From the NCBI GenBank assembly GCA_036630325.1, contig CP142728.1:1116001-1180000 (forward strand): DNA of 64,000 nucleotides, read 5' to 3'. Source of the DNA: Vairimorpha necatrix. Its lineage: Eukaryota. The notes beneath the pieces were generated by a model. That model worked only from the letters and a program-made list of their open reading frames with translations, was not told the DNA's origin and ran no database searches. Shown piece by piece: positions 1-11,464 of this stretch. Every line of letters begins with the position of its first letter. Position 1 is the stretch's first letter. The translations under genes and the position numbers were made by a program.

Positions 1-164
1 AGACAAATATTGAGAAAGAAGAATCTGAAGAATATGAACAAGAATTCAGTGAAATGGATTTTGAAGTAGAGAAAATTAAATTTAAGAAAATGGATTATGA
101 AATAGTAAAAGAAGAAAATGAAGAGATAGAAGATTTTAATATAGAATTTACTAATTTGCAATGA
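1..164 (+). CDS. 3' end of an unknown acidic protein (truncated by window edge)
   Basis: Frame +3 is open from the window edge (TNIEKEESEEYEQEFSEMDFEVEK...FTNLQ) to TGA at 162-164. Confidence 0.6.
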   Translation, partial: TNIEKEESEEYEQEFSEMDFEVEKIKFKKMDYEIVKEENEEIEDFNIEFTNLQ

Positions 165-230
165 ACTAAATATTGTACAACAAATAAATTTATACAGTAT
201 TGATACTATTACAAGTATAAGATATTATAA

Positions 231-312
231 TAAACAAATCTAGTACTATATTAAACAAATATAATATTATATTTGACAAATCTAATATTATATTAAACAA
301 ATCTAGTACTAT
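231..312. repeat. Minisatellite, ~21-bp unit x~4, between convergent genes
   Basis: Repeated variants of aaacaaatctagtactatatt. Confidence 0.6.
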
Positions 313-345
313 TTTTTAAATATAATAGTATATTAAACATATTTT

Positions 346-912
346 TTATTTCTTAAGACTCTTTATATTGGTATATTTATCTTCAAGTCTTTTTATTAAT
401 TCTTCTTGTCTATTATCTTCTCGATTTAAAAGTTCTTCAAGTGATAAATCCAAATTGATCCCCATTTTCTTAGCAATTTCTTCTGCTTTTTTACTCTCAT
501 TTCGTCTTTTTTTGATTTTTTTTTCAAATTTTTTATATTTTTTAATATTATTTTTTTTTATTTCATTTTTTAATATCTCCCGGATTTTCTCTTCTTCAGA
601 ATCTTCTACAAGTATAAGACTGTCTAAAATTTTTTGCATGTCTCCTTTATATTTATTATAAGCTTCAATAATGTCTCTGAGTTCTTCCTCTGATCCTTTA
701 TAATTTTTTATAAATTCATTTACATTTACATAAGATTGAGGATTATTTTGGATTGAAGCGTAGGCTTCTATTACTTGGTCGTAGAGAAGACGATTTCCTT
801 TGGGGCGGTCTGGGTGGTATTTGTATCTTAGTTTTTTGAAAGAAGAAATTATTTCTTGGGGAGTGGATTTACGAGTAACATTGAGAATCTTGTAAGGATC
901 ATTTTTGGGCAT
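346..912 (-). CDS. DnaJ/Hsp40 J-domain protein (DNAJC9-like)
   Basis: DPYKILNV...YHPDR J-domain with HPD motif; YKGSEEE segment; ATG at 912 preceded by CCCC. Confidence 0.85.
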   Translation of the reverse strand: MPKNDPYKILNVTRKSTPQEIISSFKKLRYKYHPDRPKGNRLLYDQVIEAYASIQNNPQSYVNVNEFIKNYKGSEEELRDIIEAYNKYKGDMQKILDSLILVEDSEEEKIREILKNEIKKNNIKKYKKFEKKIKKRRNESKKAEEIAKKMGINLDLSLEELLNREDNRQEELIKRLEDKYTNIKSLKK

Positions 913-1101
913 ATGGGGTTGAGAAAAATTCAAAATGATAAGAAAAAGAAAAGATTTCTCGTATAAAAAGAGATATTATTCAATAAATATTTTGAGATAA
1001 GATGTAAACAAATATACTAAGATAACTAAGATCAATTAACATGTAATAAAACACACACTTAATAAACAAAATTAAAAAACTTTATAAACAAAAAAAACTT
1101 T

Positions 1102-1827
1102 TTACTCATTGTCTTGAAATATATCAACATCATCATAATATTGTAAATTATTATCAACCCAATATAACAAATCATTGATACTATCCTCATCACTATAATC
1201 AATCATCTTAAAATCAACCTGAGCCAAATCTAATATCTTCTTATACATTTTATTACCTTCAGAAAGATTTTCTAAATTTTCTAAAAAATTTTCAATTTTT
1301 TCTTTACCTACTAAATCAACTTTAGAAAAAACAAAAAACATAAAATAATCAAACCTAGACATCGAAATAAACCCACACAACAAATTCCCCATAAATTTAT
1401 TCACATCATAAACACATTGTCCTTCTAAAAAATACAAAATTGATATTTTAAAAAATTTCGAAAAATAATTAATAATATTATTCATACTACTAGTATGCAT
1501 AAATAGTTCTATTTGTCCAGGAAAATCAAATATTAAATATTCATTACTATATTCTTCAATTTCTATTTCATCAATATTTTTATATAACTCGTCGAATGCT
1601 ACCATTAAACTTCCATTTGGACCGAAATCGCATTCTTCCATGATTTCTGTAGTTGTAATGTATTTCCTAATGTCTATTAAATAATCAGTTTTGGTGTTAG
1701 TTTGTGCTGGGTCGAAATTTATAAGATTAAATTGTCTGTGGATAATTTTGCCATGTTCTACTAATTTAGAACAGAATGTTGATTTTCCTGTACCAGCTGG
1801 ACCAAAAATAAATAAAGCGTAGCCCAT
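1102..1827 (-). CDS. GPN3: GPN-loop GTPase (Gpn3-like)
   Basis: GPAGTGKSTFC P-loop, NFDPA, GPNG loop, DFPGQIELF. GPN2 cannot be fully excluded. Confidence 0.85.
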   Translation of the reverse strand: MGYALFIFGPAGTGKSTFCSKLVEHGKIIHRQFNLINFDPAQTNTKTDYLIDIRKYITTTEIMEECDFGPNGSLMVAFDELYKNIDEIEIEEYSNEYLIFDFPGQIELFMHTSSMNNIINYFSKFFKISILYFLEGQCVYDVNKFMGNLLCGFISMSRFDYFMFFVFSKVDLVGKEKIENFLENLENLSEGNKMYKKILDLAQVDFKMIDYSDEDSINDLLYWVDNNLQYYDDVDIFQDNE

Positions 1828-1862
1828 TTTTAAAAAAGCCCTTTAAAAAAAAAAATTTTAAT

Positions 1863-2081
1863 ATGAAAAAAATACAATTAGAACGGTTGGAAAAAAATAT
1901 TGACAGGATTAAAAATAAAAAGAAAAATGTAATAAATGGGAAAATATTGAATAGGAATGTGGAGAAAGAATGGAGAATTATTAAGAAGACGAGTAGAAGA
2001 AAAAAGAAATGTGCAAATTGGGAAGATGTAGAAGTAAAAAGAGCAATAAATAAGCCATTGGTAGTTAAAATAAAGAAATGA
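1863..2081 (+). CDS. Small basic hypothetical protein, divergent from the GPN gene
   Basis: 72-aa Lys/Arg-rich ORF with ATG, CCC motif upstream and aataaa downstream; 35-bp gap to the GPN start. Confidence 0.55.
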   Translation: MKKIQLERLEKNIDRIKNKKKNVINGKILNRNVEKEWRIIKKTSRRKKKCANWEDVEVKRAINKPLVVKIKK

Positions 2082-2550
2082 ACTAAAAAATAAAAAATAA
2101 ATCTACTTTATATATCTTTGCTTTATAAATTTAACATTTAAAATAGATTTTAAATGCTAGAGTACATTGTGTCAAAGCATATTTACAAATATACTTATTA
2201 TTTTAGAAAATAACGCTACTGTATTAAAAAAAGAAACTTTTTATTTATAACCTCCTTATTTTTCATATTTTCAAAAAATCGACTCGAAAATATTTCAAAA
2301 TGCCTTCATTGTATTTTATGGCAAATTTTGACTTGATTTCACTAGTCAAATGCATATAGAAAAGTACTGATTTAACAATAAAAAATTCTCTCTTTTAAAA
2401 CCAGTAATCAAACTCATATAAAACAAACTTAGTAAATCCATTTAAAACAGAAGATCTATAGCTAGTTTAATACACAAAAATAATGTATTAAATCTTTTCT
2501 TTATAAATTTTTTATATTAAAATAATAATATTACATAATCAATCAATTTA

Positions 2551-5178
2551 TTATTCATATATAAAATCTTTCCATACATCGACTTTTTCATTTACCATTC
2601 TCGGCTTAAATTTCAATGAACTAAAAATAAGTCCCAAAAAAATTATTAATAAAATATAAATTATAAAAATACTTAAAGCTAGAAACGGAGCATTTTCACT
2701 TTATCCCCCCCCTTAGAAATATAAATTAAGAATTTTTAAAAAATATCCCTTTTTTTCGAAATTCGAAGCGGAAAAAATGTGAAGGAGCAAAAGTCAAAAA
2801 AATAAAGTTGTAATAAAATAGCATATTTACCAAAAATAAAACAATTATTTTTTCGTTTTTTTTTTTTCAATTTTTTAAAAATTTCCTTCTTCCAATTATT
2901 GATCAAGATTTATCTTTATTGTACATTGCAATGTATAACAACGAAAATCTCTATATAAACAATATTTATAAGGTTCATTTGCTGTTATAAATGAATTTTT
3001 TTCGTGAATTAAAGAATTTTCCAAACATGTAATATTTTACTTTTGGAGCTAAAATATAACATATATTAATAAATTGACATTCTATACGATTCAATAATTC
3101 TTAAAAGAGCATAAATATAACATTATTTTTACTTTGTTTGTCTAGAAAAACCAATAAAAACCTAAAAAACAAGACTAATAAATATACTACCAAACTAAGA
3201 ATAACCTAACCTAGATTCTGTTTTAAACAACATAAACTAAGTATAAACATGTTTATCTTTAGCAAAAATTAAATGTAATGACAAAAGAAAGCAATAGGTT
3301 AAAACATATTTTTACAAATTTAGACTTCTATTTAACTCATAGTTTATTAGAAAACATTATTAAATTGGTTTAAATAATATATTTTTCATAAACTATGATC
3401 AAATTAGATATTTCTAAGACCATTTTTTTACTTATGTAAATTTTTCTCTGTTCCTTTCCGCTCTGGACGCTTCGACTTTTAAAAAACAGGGCTAAAAATA
3501 AAAAATTCTGTATTTATATTGGTAAGGGGGGGGATAAAGTGAAAATTAGCCCTAGAAACTTATTAATTCTATTCATTCCCATTTCTTCTAATACTTGATA
3601 TCCATACCTAAAACACGACTCTTTATCTCACACAAATTTAAGATTACTTAATGAAACTTGTAGACTAAATTCTAATGCGTAATACAAAGGCGAAAACCAC
3701 GTAATCCATCTCGAGAAGCTTGGTATTGTACTGACATTTACGAAAATACCACTAAAAGCTGAAAATATAAGTAGACCCACTGATCCGTACATATGAGCTT
3801 CTTTATGTGAATGCGTCACTATACCTATTAACAACGAATAAGCTACAGTAAAATGTACCAAACAGAAATGATTTATAAGAAATAATACAAATCTGTACAA
3901 ATTGTCATTGACTTGCGCTATCCAATAAACTGGGACTACATACAAAACAGTAGACAAATAAAGCAAAACGAAATCGAAAATATATTCAGAAATGTACATT
4001 TCTGTACTTGTGTACATTCCCGCGACTATCTCCCGTTTCGCTATTAATTTCGACTGCGAAAATGACGACAAAGCAATGCTCATGGATCTATCAATAGAAT
4101 TCAATACAAAAAATCCACATAGTCCTACTCTTGTTTGTATATCTTTCTGATAATACCCTATAAATGGATAAACAATACAAGTTATAATTAAAAATGTCGC
4201 CTTTTGTATAATTACCATCCTGTAAGTTTCTTTAGACCTTTTAAAAATTTTTAAATGTCTTTTTAATATCAAACTTATTTTTTTTAAATTATTTTTTCTA
4301 TCAGAATATTTTATACTTTGATACATTGTAGTATCAATATCTTGACTATGATTTCTATACCATCTTTCTTTTAGTTCTCTAATTTTCTGTCTTTTATTTA
4401 TTTCGATTATTTCTGATGTGTAATCTACTGTCAACAAATCTGATAAAAAATCTTCAATTTTTTCATTTTTTTTTTGAAAAAATTTTTCAAATTCTTCATA
4501 TCTCCCATCAAAAATGAAACTAGAGTTTGCCAATACAAATATTTTATCACATTTCTTTAATATCTCGATATCCGGACTATTAATTGACACCAAGACAGTT
4601 TTATGATGGTCAGTCAATTTTTTCAAAATTTTCATTATTCTTTTAGTATGCCATTTATCGATCATTACAAATGGTTCGTCTAATAAAATAATATCAGGAT
4701 CTTCTGCTAATATAGCGCCAATACTCACAAGTTTTTTTTCGCCTTGTGATAAATTAAATAACATGTTATTTTTTATATTTTCTAAATCTAGTATATTAAT
4801 TATTTCTTGAGTTTTATTTAGTAAAAATGTAGTGTTTTTATCAAGATGATAAGATTTTACAGAGAAATAAAATGTTTCCCAGATAGTTTGTTTTTGAAAA
4901 AAATAAAATGTTTCGTCTACTAGAGATATGACACTACCTATTTTTAGGTAGGAATTGTTAATATTATTGAAGTTTATTAATATTTCGCCAGTAATTTGTA
5001 GAGTATTGTTTTGTCTACCTGCTAATATGTTGAATAATAAAGATTTCCCCGCTCCTGTACCACCAAGGAGTATTGAGATTTGTGAGTGGTTTATTTTACC
5101 ATTACAAGTGTCTAGTACGATTCCTTGATTTGTAGAGACTTTTAGGTTTCTCCAGCTTAAATTTACCTTTGGGTTCAT
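2551..5178 (-). pseudogene. ABCG/White-family half transporter, disrupted by a premature TGA (3628-3630) and a MITE insertion (2687-3551)
   Basis: GGTGAGKS Walker A, LSQGE signature, ILLDEP Walker B, ABC2 membrane domain. The frame continues past the TGA (FV*DKESCFRYGYQVLEEMG). After removing the insert it continues into a final TM helix KFLALSIFIIYILLIIFLGLIF...DFIYE* ending at 2551. Confidence 0.85.
2687..3551. mobile_element. Non-autonomous Merlin/IS1016-type element (MITE), 865 bp
   Basis: TIRs GGagcattttcactttatcccccccctta / taagggggggggataaagtgaaaattagCC; 8-bp TSD ctagaaac at 2679-2686 and 3552-3559. Confidence 0.85.
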
Positions 5179-5617
5179 TAATAGGGTGAATTTATAAGCT
5201 CAATTGATCAATTTAAATTAATGTTTTAGATAACATGTAAATTAATATTAAACAAGACTCAAAATTTAATTTTATATCTTTCTACGCAAGTAGAAAATAA
5301 ATTAAAAATTAAATTAAAAACGGTATTACAAATATGCTGTAAATATTTACAATTTATAATTAAAAAAAAAGTATATATAGACATAGACATTTAAAATTAT
5401 AAAATATATTTAAAATTTATAGTGTAAAAATATATTTACATTACTACAATATATTTACAATTTTAAATTATAATATATCTTTACAACATACACATTTTAA
5501 ATTATAATATATCTTTACAACATTTATTTACATATATTTACTTATACTATAGTTTTCTTTACATTGTTTTAATTTATTTTTTTTATTTTATAAATTTTAC
5601 TCTACTTTCCGTCTCTT

Positions 5618-6373
5618 TTAATTTCCTGTATTTTGTATTTTCTTATAAAGTTCTTCTACTTTCTTCGCTATTTGTTTCATTTCTTCGATCATTTTGTTTT
5701 CTTTACATATTTCCACTGTATCTAAATATATATTATAAGCTATGCTTAATATCTCATCAGATTGTTCTTCTTCTATTCCAAACTTGATATTTGTCTCCAT
5801 TACTCTCAATATATGTAATACTTCCATTCTAAAGAATTCTACTCTTAATTTATGGTATTCGGGATTGAGTCTTATTCCCTTAAAAAACATAGCCCGTGAC
5901 GAGTCCACGTCGTCTATCTCGTACAATTTCACCGCGCAATAAATCCACAATTCCGCGTCTCCCGTATTTTTCAGACAATATGACGCGTAAACATCTTTCA
6001 GATCTGCGTGCATCTCTTTTTTTATGGCGTATTCAGTGAACTTGACAATTATTTTTTTATCAGTAAATCTGAATAATGCTTCTTTATAAAGTTTTATTAT
6101 TTTCTCTGTTATTTTCTTGTCATAATAACTTATATTAAGATTCTTCTTTTTGATTCTCTTGTCTCTGATTGTTTCAAGAAGAGTCTCGCTTTCTATGTAG
6201 CGTAAAATGTCAAGTAATTTTTTATCAAATCTTTGTAGTCTAAATTCGTGCTTTTTTCTGGTGTGGATTATTTTTTGACATTCTACAGTAGAAAAGACGC
6301 CTCTGTTTTTGTATTCTTCTAGTTCGGGGATCATACGCTCTAGATTTAATTGGACTCTTTCCGTCATGGGCAT
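5618..6373 (-). CDS. UTP6: U3 snoRNA-associated protein Utp6 (HAT repeats)
   Basis: N-terminal ERVQLNLERMIPELEEY...RKKHEFRL and HAT-like LWIYCA...SSRAMFFKGIRLNP. Start may be 6367. Confidence 0.8.
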   Translation of the reverse strand: MPMTERVQLNLERMIPELEEYKNRGVFSTVECQKIIHTRKKHEFRLQRFDKKLLDILRYIESETLLETIRDKRIKKKNLNISYYDKKITEKIIKLYKEALFRFTDKKIIVKFTEYAIKKEMHADLKDVYASYCLKNTGDAELWIYCAVKLYEIDDVDSSRAMFFKGIRLNPEYHKLRVEFFRMEVLHILRVMETNIKFGIEEEQSDEILSIAYNIYLDTVEICKENKMIEEMKQIAKKVEELYKKIQNTGN

Positions 6374-6956
6374 AAAAAAGAAAGAAAATATAAAAAGAAA
6401 AAAAAATGAGAAAATAAAAATTAAGTTAAGAGAAGAAATAAGATTATTTTTAAATTTTAATTAGCACTGTAAATTAAAAAAAGCAATAAAATATTTCTAG
6501 TCATGATGACTGAGAAGACACGCATAAATAAAAATAAGCACTTTCTTAAGCTTAATCTTATAGAAGAAATTGACACTTAAATTATAAAGAAAACTTAAAG
6601 ATAATCTTAAGCCTGAGGAAGGGCACAAGAGAGAAATCTCTTAATACTGTAAGAAGATTACAGTAGGCAGAATTTTATTAAATGAGATTTATTCAAATAT
6701 GTCGGGCATAATGGACTTTAACCAATTTGTCAAATTTGATTCTGCATAAAGAAATGTAAGAGAGCTTGATCAATGAATTTATTCAATCATAAAACTTCTT
6801 TATAGAATTTAATGATCAATCATATGCTTCTTTATATTATATATTTGATTTCTTAATATATAATCTATTATACTTTGAGCTAGATGATTCATTTTTTCTA
6901 GTAAATAATTCTACTGCAAATTTATCTAAATCTTTTTTTCTTATTTTTTCTTGCCC

Positions 6957-9900
6957 ATGAACAGAGACACAAATCTGATAAAAAATAAAATAAATAAAAT
7001 CTCTTTCGGCTTGTTGTCAAGTCAAGAAATTGAAAAATTATCAGTCCATTCTCTAACCTCTAAAGATTTATACGACGTAATAACAAAATCGCCTATGTCT
7101 GACGGGCCTCTGGACAGAAGACTGGGTGTCAGTAACAAAAAAGACAAATGTCTAACATGTAACGAAAATATCGTAAATTGTCTAGGTCACTTCGGAAACA
7201 TTAAACTTATTCTTCCTGTTTACCATATTGGTCTAATAAAACAAACTCTTTTTATTTTATCTTGTGTCTGTAAAAATTGCGGAAAAATTTTATTATCAGA
7301 AAAAAAGAAAAATTTTTATAAAAATTTATTACGGGAAATAAAAAATAAAAATGATCAGATTTTATTATTACGGAAAATTAATGTTGAATGTAAAAAAACA
7401 ACACTGTGTTTAGAATGTCAAACAGTGAACGGTACTATAAAAAAAGGAACAGGATTTAAAATATTACATGAGATAGAAAAAAATAACGGAAGGAAAGATA
7501 AAAAAAATTTTAGTAAGAAAATCGAAGATATAAACCCGCTTGTTGCTTTAAATATTTTTTCTATGATAAAACCAGAAGATTATGAATATCTCGGCCTTGA
7601 AGACAACCCAGAGAAATTTATAATTCAAAATGTCATTGTGCCGCCCGCTTGTATTAGGCCGAGCGTGGGGATGGCGGAACGGGACAGCACAAATGAAGAC
7701 GATTTGACTATAAAAATATCAGAAATTATACATACGAATTTTGTACTAAAAGAAAGTATTGAAAAAGGAAATCCTGTGAATATCATCAATGATGACTGGG
7801 ATTTGCTTCAATTACAATGTGCTCTAATGATCAATTCTGATCTACCACAAGTTAATGTCCAGTCCCAACCTATTAAAGGGTTGGTCCAAAGATTGAAAGG
7901 GAAAAGTGGGCGGTTTAGATGCAATTTAAGTGGAAAAAGAGTGGATTTTAGTGGTAGAACAGTCATTTCTCCAAATCCAAATCTCACTATCGACCAAGTT
8001 GATGTCCCAGAATACATGGCGAAAATTTTGACTATACCAGAAAAAGTAACCAAATTCAATAAAGAAAAATTACAAAAATTAATAAAAAATGGTCCATTAA
8101 TTTATCCTGGTGCCAATTATATAATTAATAACAAATGTAAAAAATTTTTACTTTACGGTGGTAAAGAAGATGAATTATTAGAAGGCGACATTGTAGAAAG
8201 ACATCTCACCAATAATGACGTAGTGCTTTTTAATAGACAACCTTCTTTACATAGAATGAGCATCATGGCGCATTATGTCAACATTCATAAAAATAAAACT
8301 TTGAGGTTTAACGAGTGCGTCTGCTCGCCGTATAACGCGGATTTTGACGGGGACGAAATGAACATCCATGTGCCGCAAACATTAGAAGCTATCGCTGAGT
8401 GTATTGAATTAATGGGTGTTAAAGAAAATATTGTGACGGCTAGACATGGAGAACCATTGATAGCTGCTACACAAGATTTTATTACAGCTTTGTATTTGAT
8501 AACTTCGAAAGACACTTTTTTTGATCGTAAAAAATTTGGCCAACTTCTTGCTCATTTTTGTAGGTCAAGAATTGAAATTTCGCCTGTTATTGTCAAGCCT
8601 GTGGAATTGTTCACTGGTAAACAACTCGTAGAAGCTATGATTCATGATTCTTTAGAAGATAAAAGATTAATTAAAGAAATTACACTAAATGCTAAGAATA
8701 GATCTTTTAGTAAGTGGGACCACACTGATTCCTTCTTTGTAGTACGAGAAGGCAAGTATTTATTCGGTCGTATTGATAAAAACATCATAGGAGGCGAATC
8801 TAAAAAAAATAGCATTTTATATTTATTAATGACCATAGAAAAACATTCATCGGCACAGATGATGTACAACATAACGAGAGTGGCCTCTCGTTATCTAGGC
8901 GAAGTGGGGTTTAGCATCGGCCTCGTCGATGTTTTACCGGGAAAAAATTTACAAATTAAAAAAACTGAAGTAGTAGACGAAGGCTATAAAAAATGTAAAG
9001 AAATTATTAAAAATATAAGCGAAATAAATAAAGAAGAATCAGAAATGGAGATTTCTAGTACATTAAATCAAATTAGAGAAGAATGCGGGTCGATTTGTAT
9101 TAAAGAACTAAGTACCTACAATTCGCCGATTATAATGCAAGCTTGTGGAAGTAAAGGCAGTAAAATCAATGTGTCACAAATGATAGCTTGTGTAGGTCAG
9201 CAAATTATAAGTGGGAAACGAATTCCCAATGGAATGTTGGACAGAACTCTGCCACATTTTGATAAATTTAGTATGACGCCAGAATCCAAAGGATTCGTGG
9301 AAAACTCTTTTTACACGGGGATGAAACCAGCCGAATTCTTTTTCCACGCTGTAAGCGGGCGGGAAGGTTTGGTCGACACGGCCGTCAAGACGGCAGAGAC
9401 TGGGTACACACAGAGGAGACTTATGAAAGCTCTGGAAGATTTAAATGTTAAATATGATTACAGTGTAAGATCTTCTTTTAATGAGATTATACAGTACAAA
9501 TATGGCGAAGATGGTATTGATCCACTAGTAATGGAATGTGATGATTTTATAGATTTAGAAAAGGTTTTTATTTCCGTAGAGACGAAATTGACGGCCTTTT
9601 CGCCGAATCTTCTAAATGATAAATCAATAGACAATGAATATAATGATAAATTAACAGAACAAGATTCTTATAAGAAAATCTTAATTTGCAATAAAAACAA
9701 GACCCTGGAATTTGATCATAAAAATAATTTAACAGAAGATAAAATTGTCAAAATTATTTATGAAAAATTTGACTCGATGAAAAAAGACCCTTTTATTAGA
9801 AATTATTGTCTAAATATTTTAAATGATGATTTTTATAAAAAAATCTCGGATTTTTTATTATCAAAAATTAATTCTGTAATTTTCAATGGTTACAAATTTA

Positions 9901-10976
9901 TAAAAATTTTGTCTACTTGTCAGTTTTTTAATTTATTTTTTAATAAATTAAAAAATAAAATTAAGAATAGTGTAATAGAACCAGGTACAGCAGTAGGCGC
10001 CATAGCAGGACAAAGTATCGGTGAACCGGGGACACAAATGACTCTTAAAACTTTTCATTTCGCTGGTGTTGCCAGTATGAATATTACACTAGGAGTACCT
10101 CGTCTTATAGAAATTATTAATGCTGTGTCTAATATTAATACGCCAATTATAAATGTATCATTAAGTAAGAATGACTTATTGAATGCGCAATTAGTTAAAG
10201 GCAGACTTCTCAAAGTTTTAGTACGAGATATTTGTAGTAAAGTAACAGAGTCTGTTAGTAAAAACGATATATTTGTGGATTTTGAATTTGATATTAATTT
10301 AATTAATAAATTAAGGTTACAAGTAGATACTAAATCAATAAAACAGAGTTTAAATATTAATGAGCAAATATCAATAATAGACGATAATAAATTAAGAATA
10401 ATATTTAAAAATGGTATAAACCAGGCCTTGTATAATATTCAGAAGATTAAGAAGAAGATCATGAATACGAAAATAAATGGATTGTCATCAGTGAATAAAG
10501 TTTTATTGCACAATGACAAGGGAATATACAAGTGTATTGTCGAAGGCCATGGTTTACAGACCATTTTAGGGACCAAAGGGGTAGATTACAAGAACACCAC
10601 CAGTAATGCCATTTTAGAAATACAAGAAGTTTTGGGAATCGAGGCGGCTAGAGCTCATATTATTAGTGAAATAGAGTATGTGGTAGGGAAACATGGAATA
10701 AAAATCGACCCGAGGCATGTCATGCTCTTGGCCGACACAATGACTTACAAAGGGGAAGTGCTAGGAATTACTAGATTTGGTATATCGAAAATGTCTTGTA
10801 GCACTTTGATGCTGGCCTCATTTGAGCAGACCAGTGATCATCTGTTCGACGCTGCCATACGAAATAAATCTGAAGATGTGCGAGGAGTAAGCGAGTCGAT
10901 TATACTTGGGAAACCTATAGGATTAGGCACAGGAGGAGTAGAATTATATTGGGATGGAGAAAATAAACTACCATAA
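6957..10976 (+). CDS. RPC1: RNA polymerase III largest subunit
   Basis: NADFDGDEMN, RCNLSGKRVDFSGR, QMTLKTFHFAGVASMNITLGVPR, GEVLGITRFG; no CTD heptads. ATG at 6957 follows CCC. Confidence 0.95.
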   Translation: MNRDTNLIKNKINKISFGLLSSQEIEKLSVHSLTSKDLYDVITKSPMSDGPLDRRLGVSNKKDKCLTCNENIVNCLGHFGNIKLILPVYHIGLIKQTLFILSCVCKNCGKILLSEKKKNFYKNLLREIKNKNDQILLLRKINVECKKTTLCLECQTVNGTIKKGTGFKILHEIEKNNGRKDKKNFSKKIEDINPLVALNIFSMIKPEDYEYLGLEDNPEKFIIQNVIVPPACIRPSVGMAERDSTNEDDLTIKISEIIHTNFVLKESIEKGNPVNIINDDWDLLQLQCALMINSDLPQVNVQSQPIKGLVQRLKGKSGRFRCNLSGKRVDFSGRTVISPNPNLTIDQVDVPEYMAKILTIPEKVTKFNKEKLQKLIKNGPLIYPGANYIINNKCKKFLLYGGKEDELLEGDIVERHLTNNDVVLFNRQPSLHRMSIMAHYVNIHKNKTLRFNECVCSPYNADFDGDEMNIHVPQTLEAIAECIELMGVKENIVTARHGEPLIAATQDFITALYLITSKDTFFDRKKFGQLLAHFCRSRIEISPVIVKPVELFTGKQLVEAMIHDSLEDKRLIKEITLNAKNRSFSKWDHTDSFFVVREGKYLFGRIDKNIIGGESKKNSILYLLMTIEKHSSAQMMYNITRVASRYLGEVGFSIGLVDVLPGKNLQIKKTEVVDEGYKKCKEIIKNISEINKEESEMEISSTLNQIREECGSICIKELSTYNSPIIMQACGSKGSKINVSQMIACVGQQIISGKRIPNGMLDRTLPHFDKFSMTPESKGFVENSFYTGMKPAEFFFHAVSGREGLVDTAVKTAETGYTQRRLMKALEDLNVKYDYSVRSSFNEIIQYKYGEDGIDPLVMECDDFIDLEKVFISVETKLTAFSPNLLNDKSIDNEYNDKLTEQDSYKKILICNKNKTLEFDHKNNLTEDKIVKIIYEKFDSMKKDPFIRNYCLNILNDDFYKKISDFLLSKINSVIFNGYKFIKILSTCQFFNLFFNKLKNKIKNSVIEPGTAVGAIAGQSIGEPGTQMTLKTFHFAGVASMNITLGVPRLIEIINAVSNINTPIINVSLSKNDLLNAQLVKGRLLKVLVRDICSKVTESVSKNDIFVDFEFDINLINKLRLQVDTKSIKQSLNINEQISIIDDNKLRIIFKNGINQALYNIQKIKKKIMNTKINGLSSVNKVLLHNDKGIYKCIVEGHGLQTILGTKGVDYKNTTSNAILEIQEVLGIEAARAHIISEIEYVVGKHGIKIDPRHVMLLADTMTYKGEVLGITRFGISKMSCSTLMLASFEQTSDHLFDAAIRNKSEDVRGVSESIILGKPIGLGTGGVELYWDGENKLP

Positions 10977-11464
10977 AGTTATATTAAAAAAAATTTACAT
11001 TAATTGTTAAAAAATTTTATCAATTTTAATAGATGAATATGCCTTGTAATATTTAACAAATCTAAGTTTTAAAAACCTGGATTCTAAAACAAAATTATAG
11101 CTCATTTTAGAATATAAACATGTCAAATCTCTTCTATTTCTAGGTTCAATCCAGATTGTAGGAATTTGTAAATTGAATATAGAAACGTTTACTTTTTCAT
11201 CTAAGGATTTTTTATATGGTTGTATAAAAAATGTAACACATAATTTGATTTAATTTTATACACAATTATATTTTTTATAACTCTGCCAAAATTGACATGT
11301 GACGTCATTGTTTATATTCGGAATAAAAACAAATCTAAAAAAATTCATACTATATAAGGACTAAAACATAAAAAATCATTAGTGAACTTTTTTTCAAGCA
11401 CAAATCACATTAAAATATCATTTTCCCTCCAATTAATTTATATTGATTTTTCGGGTAAAGGGGT

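Noticed and set aside
231-312. CRISPR-like array
   Set aside because: Tandem units without unique spacers, eukaryotic context, no cas genes.
3628-3630. TGA recoded as Cys/Sec (alternative genetic code)
   Set aside because: TGA is the normal stop for ferredoxin (31076) and Gag-Pol (57572), no long conserved gene has an internal TGA, and this gene is independently disrupted by a MITE.
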